A DNA stretch of 63,756 nt, the filler included, from Choristocarpus tenellus KU-1152 (Eukaryota; Protista; Phaeophyceae): the NCBI GenBank assembly GCA_964200185.2. It is 8 parts of 8 records of this genome, joined end to end, with 100 filler letters (N's around TTAATTAATTAA, not from the genome) between each part and the next. Parts side by side here need not be neighbours in the genome. Positions count along the whole stretch, not along the records: positions 52,497 to 61,006 come from CAXNAD020004633.1; positions 61,107 to 63,756 come from CAXNAD020025964.1; 6 more parts are not named here. One strand, written 5' to 3'. The translations under genes were made by a program, and so were the position numbers. Below, piece by piece: positions 53,194-63,756 of the stretch. The notes below the pieces were generated by a model that searched no databases, was not told the DNA's origin, and worked only from the letters and a program-made list of their open reading frames with translations. Within the stretch, counting starts at the first letter, position 1, and every line of letters begins with the position of its first letter.

Positions 53194-53756
53194 CTGGTGT
53201 GGCATCCCAGGGGCAAGAAGGTATCAGGAGACAGATTCTTTTGTTGCAAGGATCTTGTGCCACTGGCTGGCATCTCTGGTTCACTTTTTTTTTGGAGCAG
53301 ATTTGATAAATAAGAAAACTAAAGGAGGGGGGGGGAAGGGGGAGGGGAGCATTGGGATGTGATTGGGTTGGGTTGGTTGGTTGACTTGTGCTTGTCTTGC
53401 AAAGTGGGATTCGAGAGCAAGAGGGAGAGGGGAGTCAGCAGGGAATGGGGGGATGGGGGGATGTTTTTTGAAATTTTGATTTTGTCTTGCCGTCTCGTGT
53501 ATTTATTTATTTATTTATTTGTTGTTGTACTCAATTGACATTGTTCTATTGTACCTTGATGCGGTTCCGCTGAGCTGTACTACACTGTACTGTACTATAC
53601 TATACTGAGCTGTACTGTACCAGTGCACACTGTTCAGGACCTGTACTCTTTGCTGTGTGAAACTGGCTTTATATTGATTGTGGTGTTTTGGTTCTCGAGT
53701 CATGGTCACACTGTTTAGCACTTGCAGATAGGAAGACGGACCATAGCTGTGATGTT

Positions 53757-53869
53757 GGCTCAAAGTATCTGGGGGATGGGGGGATGTTTTTTGAAATTTT
53801 GATTTTGTCTTGCCNNNNNNNNNNGGGGTTTAGAGTGGGATTGGGTAGGTGGGGGGAGTGGGGTGTGGT

Positions 53870-53904
<35 letters not shown>

Positions 53905-54175
53905 GGGTGCCGGCTGTCCATTTGGGACCCGTTTTCCCATCTCGCGATTTTTGTGTGGTTTGTTTCCATGCGTCGAATGGATAATGTAAGATAGTGTAAG
54001 ATAGTGTAAATGCACTTTTCCTGGTCAGGGCCCGAATGGAAACCCTGGTGTAGACCCCCCCTCCCCAGCAATCGTTAAATGTTTTTTAAGGATAGTGAAG
54101 GCAAAAAGGANNNNNNNNNNGGGCCCGAAGGGAAACCCTGGTGGAGCCCCCCCCCCCCCCCAGATACTTTGAACC
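53757..54175. mobile_element. MITE family A, TSD GTT; interior inflated by assembly gaps
   Basis: GGCTCAAAGTATCT...AGATACTTTGAACC flanked by gtt/gtt; two 10-N gaps at the homopolymers. Confidence 0.85.
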
Positions 54176-56747
54176 GTTGTGACGAGCTTTGGAAGGAAAA
54201 TAGGAAGTAAGTGGTTTCCAATCGAAGAGCTGCAGCGAACTGATTACCCTAGGGAAGCTAACCTTAAAGGACAACCCAGATTGCCTGTTAGCTGAAGTAA
54301 GGAACTTCCTGTCCCTCAATCTGGCTAGCTCTATCCATGACCATGTCTTATCCCAAGCTGATTATTTCCCCTCCCCCTCCCCCCTCCCCACCCTATGGTG
54401 TTTTGTGGTGTTTTGTAAAAATTTGTAAATAAAAATACATAAAAATATCTTCCACATACAGGATTGCAGCTGTGACAGACCGGTCACGAGATCTGATGTC
54501 AGTGATTGGAGACTGTGGCGATGAATACAGGGGTTGAGAGGCCTGACTTAGAAGGGGGGAGAGGGGAGTTGGGAAAGTGTGGATGGTAATAGGACTGTGT
54601 AAGGAGAGTTTCCGGTAGATGGAGATTGAGGTTCTTTGGTAGAGGGTAGGATGCTGAGAAGCTGGGAAAAGCTTAGGCAGGTTGATATTGGATTTGAAGG
54701 TAGTGAAGTGTTGTTCACTGGAGATGAAGGGTCTGGTGGAGGTCAGAAAGCTGGAAGTTGAGTCGATTAAGGTTGTTGTTTATTTGAAGGTGCTGAGGTA
54801 GCGGAGACGAGGATGTATGGCTTGATAATGCTGTTCAACTTGTTGCTGTAGTAGTGGTGGTAATCCTCGCCAGATGTCTAATTTTGATGGATGGAAGATT
54901 ATTGTATTGAGTTTAAGAAGAGGCAAGTCTTTTAAAGTTGATCTAATATTTATACAAATGATACGGGACTATACTCCTGACGACTTACGAGTCCTCCCTT
55001 CATCCTAACGTGTGATTTGGAATGGATCACTTTCTTGATCACTTTCTTGATGGATTTTTTTTTTATCGTGTACTTTTTTTTTTCACTTGATCCCAGGGGC
55101 ATCAAATGGAGCTCGGTAGGTTTTGTTGACTACACTTCAAATTTGTGTACGTACTAGTATTAACATCGCCCATACCTTACTAAATCTCTCTTGTCTTTAC
55201 CCTCCAAGGTAGTGCAGCAAATATCCTTTTAATAGCATTTATGTTGTTTTCACCTGATTGTGCGATTGGAGGTACTCTGGTGTCCTTTTCTGAATTTGTT
55301 TTGATCGTGGTGCAGGTATGATTGGTGAGATCATGTCCCGCATATAGACAACTTACTAGTCTATTCTCTATTATAGTAGTGTTCTGTAGTTGATCCGGAC
55401 TCCGAGTTATGTAAGTACTATTTCAGCATGGCAATTCTTCTTGTAGTGGCACTAGAAATCTCTTCGAGTTCAAATCGTTTTGATGTTTTAAGTTGGGTAA
55501 CCTTGTCTAAAGAATAGGATTTGCTCTGTCTATTGTAATCCTGACGCAACGGAAGAAATCTAGCTGAACAGTGATTACACCTACCTGTAGAGTCCACTCC
55601 ATCCCTGCACTAATTCCTTTGTCCCAACATTGCCATGTTTTGGAAAGATTCACTACTAGGAGGGTGTTGCAGCTGTAGACGGTTGTCTGCTCCACTTATC
55701 AAAAGACGATACAGTCAAGAGTTGGTTCAGCAACCGGATTGTATTTGTTGTAAGGCAGAATAGGGCATTTTAAATTGCCCAGGGACTGCCTTTTGGGGTG
55801 TCACAATACTCGATCAGTACCAGCAATGAAGGGGCAGGACTGTGCCTGTGTAGAAGGAGTGGAATGTTTCGGGGGGGGTCTATGCCTGCCTGTAGTACGA
55901 AATTATGTTATTAAACGTGTATGTGTGTAGCTGTGGGGGTCTGTACATAATTTTGACCTTCGAAGTAACTGACAAGGAATTCTTAGTAACGAATCCAAGT
56001 AATATTATTGATAAGGGCATCACTGGGAGACGGCCATGCCAGGCGCAGCATGATATAAAACAGATCGCATCCTAGGTCATACATCCTGTTCATAATGTTA
56101 GCAAATATTTATTGGAGTACAGGAACAAGGAAAAGGAGGGTGTGTGTGATGATAGTAGCAAGTACCCACCCCTCAGTGTCTTACGACGGGACAGAAATAT
56201 CTTCATGAAGCGGAGTGGAGCTTGCTAAAGACACAATTTAGAACAATAATAATGACAATGCGTACACTCCGTCAAATTGTAACCTCCCACAAGACGAATA
56301 ATCAGAGTTAATGCTAGCAATCCGTCAAGCACGATGCCAGTACAACAGGTCAAATCAGAGAGGCGTTTAATGCAGTAGTAGTTGATCAATCGGATAGGGG
56401 AATATGACTTGGTAGGACAGATGTAGTGACAGTAGATTGAAGCGACATTGGAAGTCGGCGAGTTTTGTTTTCCCTTTGTAGATATAGTATGTTCACTAGC
56501 ATTTGTGAGCTGCGCATTTCTAGTCATTGTTTTTGAACTTCAGCAGCATATATTACTGTCATTCACTCACTGCTCAACCAAATCACCATGTACTCTCTAC
56601 CACTACACAGTATCTATCATCCAGTTCATCGGCAACATCGTTTGTGGATGACAAAGAAACAGAGGCTGAATCCGTATATTCGATACCACACATCACCACC
56701 CCACTACAGAGTTTAACCACCATTTCGACTCCCTAAATCAAACTTTC

Positions 56748-56978
56748 AGCAACCTCAAACCAATTAATTCAATACACAGGTCTAACTGGAGGTACACGTT
56801 CAAACCAATTTGCCCAAATCAAGCATTTAGCAACCTCTAACCAATTTATTCAATACACACAGGTCTAACTGGAGGTACACGTTCAAACCAATTTGCCCAA
56901 ATCAAGCATTTAGCAACCTCTAACCAATTATTCAATACACACAGGTCTAACTGGAGGTATACGTTCAAATCCATTTGC
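56748..56978. repeat. Tandem repeat, about 2.8 x 81-83 bp
   Basis: AGCAACCTC...CAGGTCTAACTGGAGGTACACGTTCAAA recurs at 56748, 56829, 56912. Confidence 0.9.
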
Positions 56979-57349
56979 ATTCTTCTCAGTAGTTCAAATA
57001 TCTCGCTGTAGGTGACAGAGTTCCATCCTACCTCGCCCCCTCACTCCATACTACACTTTGTTTTCATGAGGAGGGAGGGCTACCCCACCAATCCATTTGT
57101 TATGGTCTGACTCTGGTATATTATTGAGGGCGGAAGCGACGTCGTGGAAGTAGAGGGATTTATTGCTCTGTAAACGTTTGTTTGACCGAGTAGACACACA
57201 ACAACAGTCGCTCACAACATTTGCGAGGTGCCCATTTCTAGTTCTATTTTTCAACTTAAGCACACATGCAACACTGAATAACAATATCGTTGCCGTGCGG
57301 TCTCCATTCTTCTAAAGTATTGCTTTGGATCCTTCTTTAGGATGACGGA

Positions 57350-58400
57350 CGTCAGATATCACGACTTGTTTGTCATGGTAGGTGTCCACAACGTACTCGG
57401 GAGTATTTGCTTGGTTTCACGAATCACACACACTGTATGATGACAAACATCTGCCATCTGTGTCGATTTTCTGCACCTTTCACTCCGTATGTTGTGCATT
57501 GATAGGTGGGTATGACTGGGTGTGAAGATGTTTTTTCGGTAAAACATCCTTCATGCAAGATGAAACGGCACTGATGCACTTTGTAACCGTCTTTTAGGCT
57601 AAGGGTCCTTTCAATTTGCAAGAATTCCGGACAGGCACACGAGCAGCAAACAATTCTTTGTGGGTGCCCTCTTTCCAAGGGGCTTCTCATTGCAACTTCC
57701 AACAAGTTGTGGTGAGCCCGACGCAAGCAAGCCGTGGGGAATTGGACGGACGAGTGTGAGTCATTATTGGTCCAGCTATTGTATTGAATGGAGAACGGAA
57801 ACGTCTTCGTAATAGTTTCCAAATTGACTTGTCCTCGAAGATCGGGAGAGGCCCCCAAATGTCGTCAAGCTCAGCATGACATACGTTGTCACTGTCTAAT
57901 CATGATACGTCCCTCAAATAGTAGACATCTTCTCAACTCGACCTTTCCTGAAACTGGTATGGTGGAGAAATGAGTCTTCTCGTTCCGTCGATCAACATCG
58001 CGCAGGACAAGAATGATGTGAAGAGTCAGCGCAAACGAACAACCTATCCCCAAACAGGTTTTCTCACTTGTGAGATGTACCTATAGCAAGAAGGTTCAAT
58101 TGCTGGCCATCTACCACCCTCACCGTGTCATCCTGATTCCTGTAATATTTATTTCTGGTTCTTGATATCCCACTCCGACCATCAGGAGCGAGGTCGAACC
58201 GCGTCATGTTGAGAGAATGCGCGATTAGCTGGGCATTGTCCTGGCTAACACTGGTGGCTTTGGTGTGTCCTGCTGGAGCTAGTATTTTCGACACACCAGC
58301 TGAAGGTGGGGTTGATGGCAAATGCCGACGACGTACCACCCCCAGGGCCCAAGGTTGGGCAAAATGCAATCTGATCTCCATGCGGAAAATGTTGCTTATA
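57350..58400 (-). mobile_element. Possible piggyBac-like (PGBD) transposase relic
   Basis: AQPW...KILAPAG...LNLLAIG...FVCADSS...SIQYNSW and Cys-rich tail in the expected order; heavily decayed. Confidence 0.35.
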
Positions 58401-60736
58401 CTTCATGATGTTGTACCAAGCAGTGTTTGTACATCGTCACAACAGGCAGAAGGGAGGGCAACCATAGTACCCTGGCCTCATTGAGCACTTTCAATAATCC
58501 TGAAATGGCGGCAACTACAGCCACCACACAACAGACCTTCTCTGGCCGGCCATTCAGACTTCTTTAGACTCGACCAATTTAGCAAGGTTTTAGGCTCAGT
58601 TGTTGACTTCAATACAGTTGACTACGTTCTCTTCAAAATAAGGCTCCTCTTCAGCCATGCATCAACGGAGTTTGAAGTAAGTACCTTTCCCATGTACATG
58701 AGGTGTTATTAGGGAGTATTAGGGCTCCACACTGCTTGCGTGTGACCCACCACCAGCCTGCTATCACATTCACACAACATAATCGTAACTCCTGGCAATA
58801 TGTGTCTACCCACCATGTGTCATTTCCTCGACAATCCTCAAAGTGAGTGACGTTCAAGTGGGAGAGTGGAATGGTCCATGTGTTTGGTGTGTTGAAAAAT
58901 ATAGGTATTTACGTGGCTTACTGGCACATGTTACTGTAGAGGGACGACTTCTCAACTTCACTTAAGGGTTTGCCCAGAAGTGTTGTTGACTGGATAGAAG
59001 TAGTGCAGACGACCTAATTAATGCTTCTTTGTATTCAGCATATGCAAACCTCCAACAATACTAATCCTCCATACATACTCGTAGATACAAACATAGCACT
59101 TCTCGTAACCTACCACCAGACCTTGAAGATTCTGACTATCAAGACTATGGGACAGAGGTTCTCATTGCAACGGCCGGGCTGGGTGTGGGCCTTTCTTGGG
59201 TCCTCGGCCTCGTGATGTTTATCTCAATGCTGGTCATGTGCTGCAGGTGCAGACGTATCCACAGGGATGACCTTGCCATGTCTCTTGCAGGGGACAAAAA
59301 TGATGGTACGTTCACTAGAGGATACAACACTAATGGCTAACACTAGCAGTTGGTGTGAGTTGGGCCGATGCTATGGACATTGAGATTGAGAGAGACAGCA
59401 TATGAGGAAGCGTTTGCTGCAGTTGGGTATATTGTACTGCCTTTGATATCAGGGCTTGGGACTGGAGTCAGATAGGGTATATAGATAAGTTCGGACAATA
59501 GTACTTGGAATCCCTGGTTAAGATTTCTTGCAGGATTGCAGCCATTTGCATTAGGTCAATGCTTTAGAGAAGTTATTATTAGGAGATTGCCCACTGGAAA
59601 AGTCATGTGACAAGATACTACTACCTATATTGTTTGCCATTGAATGCTACACTGTTGTTGTCATTCTATTCTTATTAGCAAATTTTTCATTTCGGCTTGC
59701 AGATTGCACATACAAGACAACAAATAGAGACAAGCTCAGAGTAGAATCAACCGCTGGCTGTACTATTGAAATTGTAAATCTCGTAGTTAAAGAGGCTTAC
59801 TTTAGGCACTTTACTACTGCATCGCTGAAGCATCCTGGGTCCTTCCTTTGTCCTCAAAACATGTGACTATCTTTAAAAAATCAAAAGGTGTGACATGCAG
59901 GCTGTCTTTGGATGAACCTAACTCCTCCACCTGGATCGCTCACAGAAGTGATAAAGTTGATCTTGTAGTTACGAATACATTTGCAGTTACAGTGTAGTTG
60001 GTCGACAAGAATAGGAATAGGAATAGGAATAGGAAATACGGTTTGGTTGGTCTGTAAAATATGTGAAAAATAGGTTTTTGTCACACTATTCTGCTGCATC
60101 CCCGTAGAGTGAGGAGGGCAGGGGACCCATATGACTCTACTGTCACAAACTCATTAAACCAAGGGTCCTACAATGCCCCCTTTTCAATTTTTTTTTTTTT
60201 TCCCCCTTGTGTCTTTGCACAACACATGAATCAGGCACCGGTTGTTTGTCTTTCCTCTTCTTTGCCCGCCCACATTGTGGAGAACACAATAAATCGACAT
60301 TAAATTGTTTCAATCTGGCTGTATCAATGAGATGGATCAGCAATATCAATCATTCACCATACAGGGGGAGGGAAACTGTATCAGTGAATGCCTTGGGGTT
60401 GGGTGTTGAAGGGGCAGGTGAAAACCAACCTCCCATCCTGCTTTGTATCATGGCCCGTACCTGCAAAACGCACAAGAGAGAGAGAGAGAGAGAGTGGAGA
60501 CCCCCTGAAGTATTTGCCTTGGGCATGGTCTCCCACTTGAGCAAAAAACCGAAAACACTACGGTATGCATGCTTTCGCTTATTTTACCAACAACGTTACT
60601 TTGTAATATACTCTAGAACAGTCTGAACATTAAGTACAATTACATTCTTTTTTCAATGTTCTTGTAATGGATACAAACAAAAAACATATGATAAAATCTT
60701 CTCCGTTCAGTATATTCATAAATACGTAAATACATA

Positions 60737-60778
60737 ATACATACATACATACATACATACATACATACATACATACAT
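60737..60778. repeat. (ATAC)n microsatellite
   Basis: Direct reading. Confidence 0.95.
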
Positions 60779-60952
60779 TTATATCCTTTTTTTGCTTCCA
60801 GGGGACATTTTTTTTCAATCCTCGTGAAAGATACACCCCGCTCAGCCTCCTGGTCCCTTCGCGCGGACCCAAGAACTCCAAACTCAAATCTTTTCAACAC
60901 CGGTTCATCATCAGTCCTAACACCCCACCCAAACAACCTTGCGAGTCCCAAA

Positions 60953-60984
60953 GGGTCAAAGTATCTGGGGGGGGGGGGGGTCGG
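60953..60984. mobile_element. MITE family A, terminal fragment near contig end
   Basis: GGGTCAAAGTATCT + poly-G. Confidence 0.7.
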
Positions 60985-61873
60985 TGTTCGTTTTTCATCC
61001 TTTTTTNNNNNNNNNNNNNNNNNNNNNNNNNNNNNNNNNNNNNNNNNNNNTTAATTAATTAANNNNNNNNNNNNNNNNNNNNNNNNNNNNNNNNNNNNNN
61101 NNNNNNGGGGCCTGGAGTCCAGACGGGTGCCCTTCCGACCCCCCACAGAGCCCCCCCCCCCCCAGCAGGCCATGCACCGAAATAAGTCAAAAAAAAAAAA
61201 AAAGGAAAAAGAAAAACTTGAGAGGAGAGTCGTGCGATCAGTCATGGGGAAAAAAAAAAAAAATTAGACATCTCAGCAGATCTTCGTTTAATTTAAAAGA
61301 AATGAATTTAGTGTTGTGAACCATTGAAGGCGTTTATGAGTAGTAAAAAAAAATTGACTCGAATATTAAATAAAAAACGTTACTCAATTATGATGGAAAT
61401 GTAGGCCCGAGCGTACCAACGCATATGCGCGCGCGCGCGCACATGCATGCAGCATGCTTTTTTTTTCACTGGAAACAAAAAATAAAAAAAAAATAAAAAA
61501 AAATCGCGAGGTTATTCGAATCCGATGTTCAGAACACTAATAATAATAATAATTTTTTTTTAAAGTGGAGATTCGTCGTAGGGCGACGTAATGGGGGCTT
61601 TCCACGACAGGGAAAATTTATTTTAAGAAAAATTGCATTGCATTTGCCATAGTGGTCTGGCAGTAGGTAAGATGAGTGGCGTGGTTTTATTATGCCACTG
61701 ATGTACTGATATACTGATGTACCAATATACTGGTGTACTGGTGTACCGATATACTGGTGACAGTTTATGTTTGAATACTGAATGTGTTTGTACTGTCATT
61801 GGTTTCTTTCACGGGAGTAGTCCCGTAATTTTTTTCGACTTTTTTTTTGTTTTTTCCCTCTAGTGTTGATCAG

Positions 61874-62420
61874 AGAACCTATCCGATAGGCATGCCCATT
61901 CATCTCAAGCTGTTGAACTATTGTGGTGATCATCTATTGGTCGGTCCCCCTTGGGTTTTGGGCATTGGTGATGGGATCAGGGCCTTCGAATAACACCTTT
62001 AAAAAAAAAAAAAAGACGGGTGTTTGTGTGTATTGGTTGTTCTTCTCTGACAGTTGTTACATTTTATTTTGTTTTATTTTATTGGCTTTAAAAAAAAAAA
62101 ATCTGTCTTGTCTAGCGGTCCTGAGTTTTTACCCAGGTGGCTTGTATAGTGCACTTTTGTTGCCCCAAGTCCTCTTTGGCTTGTCCATCTCCTTGGGTTG
62201 TGTCATATATTCCCTACATGGTCGTAGTTCTAACATAATACACATATAATACATACATGCTGCACACACGTAGACATACACATATACCCAAGGTGCTGAA
62301 CGATGACTGTTTCTTTTTGCTTGTCGTTCTTTCTTCTTTTTATTTTTCAAGGGGATGAGCTCATTGGAGAAGGAGCTGCTGTTGCACAGGGTATCCAAGT
62401 ACGCTGGTCTGGCAGAGGAG
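61874..62420 (+). CDS. Possible short exons of an unknown gene in the AT-rich last contig
   Basis: GC-richer islands at about 61874-61939, 62137-62220 and 62352-62420, bounded by ag/gt and joinable in phase 0 (...GMSSLEKELLLHRVSKYAGLAEE); alternative frames are also open. Confidence 0.3.
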
Positions 62421-62616
62421 GTGTGAATAAAAAAAGAGAAGAAAATGACGATCTCCATAACGCTTTGAATTGGGGTATTAATAGATTCGATTCCGATTGA
62501 CACAACAATAATAATAATAATATTAGGAATGTTAATATTAATATTTATAAGAATGACAACAACAGTAATAATATGCATCTGCAGTGTTTTCATTCCATTA
62601 AAAAAAAAGAGTGATG

Positions 62617-62649
<33 letters not shown>

Positions 62650-63756
62650 TAATTTTATATTTTTTTAATGATGTAACATCGTTTGTCCTCATTGGTTTTT
62701 ACGGTTCATGTAGAATCAAAGAGGTGGAGTGTGCACAGGGAAACCCTCGTCGGGTTATTTTTCAAAGACGGGTTAGGGTTAGGGTTAGGGGAAGATTGTA
62801 AAAAAAAGTGTTCTCAAATCCCGGTGGGGGCTCCCGAAGACCGGGGATCTCCCCTGCGTTTCACTGCAGGGGTGTTTGGGATGAAGTCTGTTGGATTCTC
62901 TTTGCAATTGAAAAAATATATATATATATATATATATTTAAAAAACGAATGCATTTTTTAAAACTCTGCTTACCGAGTGTACCCGGAAGGAGGAAAAAAG
63001 AAATAATAATTGAAAAAAACGCCTATGCCTGTGTACGTGCAACTCCCCTCCTCTCGAGGGGAGAGGTGCAAGGCGCAAGAGTTTGTTTGTTATGCTATGT
63101 TTGGTATCGCATGCATTGTGGAAAGTGGAAATTGGCTCTACTGCTGTTTCTCGTTTGAGGAATAAATAATAAAAAGTGACAGTGGTCTGATCAATAGTTT
63201 CTTGTCATCTTTTATTTATTTATTTTAATATAATTACAGAATATATATATATATATGTATCTATCTATCTATCCATCCCTGCAATAGTTTATTATTATTA
63301 TTTTAACTGTTTCGGTACAGACTCATATCGCTGTTTCACAAGGGTGGTAATATTCCCGGAATATTCCTGTGTCTCTCTGATTCGACCCTCAACAACGGTG
63401 TGTTTCGGACCAATACAACAAACTCATAAAATAAAATAAAATAATTCTCGGTTCTCATTTCTATTTATAAATTTAGTACTATATATATATATATATATAT
63501 ATATTTATTTTTATTGCGTGCGTTTAGGTACGTGCGTACACGGACGCACCAAAAAAAAAAAATGTTGTATCGAATGAATACGTGGGAGAGAGGTCTATCT
63601 CTACAGTGCATGGTCTTATTGAGCGAATCTATCTCTATTGACCATGCACTGCCTCACACGGGCTTTCCTATTGGTACAAGCGTTTGCTCTTTGTATCACG
63701 CTGGTAGGAACTCAGCCCGCAGCTAACTTTATGTGTTACCCTCTAGCGCCCCCCCC

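Noticed and set aside
53771-54150. Local duplications inside MITE A (53771-53814 copies about 53448-53491; 54121-54150 copies about 54028-54060)
   Set aside because: They adjoin N gaps and G/C homopolymers, so they are most likely scaffolding artefacts.
7510-54175. MITEs acting as introner elements
   Set aside because: None is seen precisely interrupting an exon with splice sites at its ends; the genic copy lies inside an existing intron.

Overview
This is not a contiguous locus. It is eight short contigs of a fragmented eukaryotic assembly joined by 100-bp N44-TTAATTAATTAA-N44 linkers (contigs 1-5251, 5352-11241, 11342-14376, 14477-17978, 18079-45840, 45941-52396, 52497-61006, 61107-63756). 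The DNA is gene-poor and TE-rich, with GT-AG spliceosomal introns, microsatellites and interstitial TTAGGG runs. The TE types are compatible with a stramenopile such as a brown alga, but that is inference only. One multi-exon gene is recognisable: a soluble adenylate cyclase (ADCY10)-type STAND-NTPase/TPR C-terminal region on the minus strand of contig 4, with one candidate non-canonical GA-AG intron. A few exons of unknown genes are also present. Decayed TEs include a DD39D-type mariner, hAT, Ty3/gypsy integrase, a CRE-like RLE retrotransposon, a piggyBac-like element and LINE. The dominant structure is a radiation of four related MITE families (A-D, 23 copies or fragments). They share G(A/G)NYCAAA termini and make 3-bp non-TWA target-site duplications. 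Families B, C and D keep a length of about 254-267 bp despite divergent interiors. No rRNA, tRNA or CRISPR was seen. Most ORFs in the supplied track are spurious. All protein family calls are motif recognition by eye; no searches were run.
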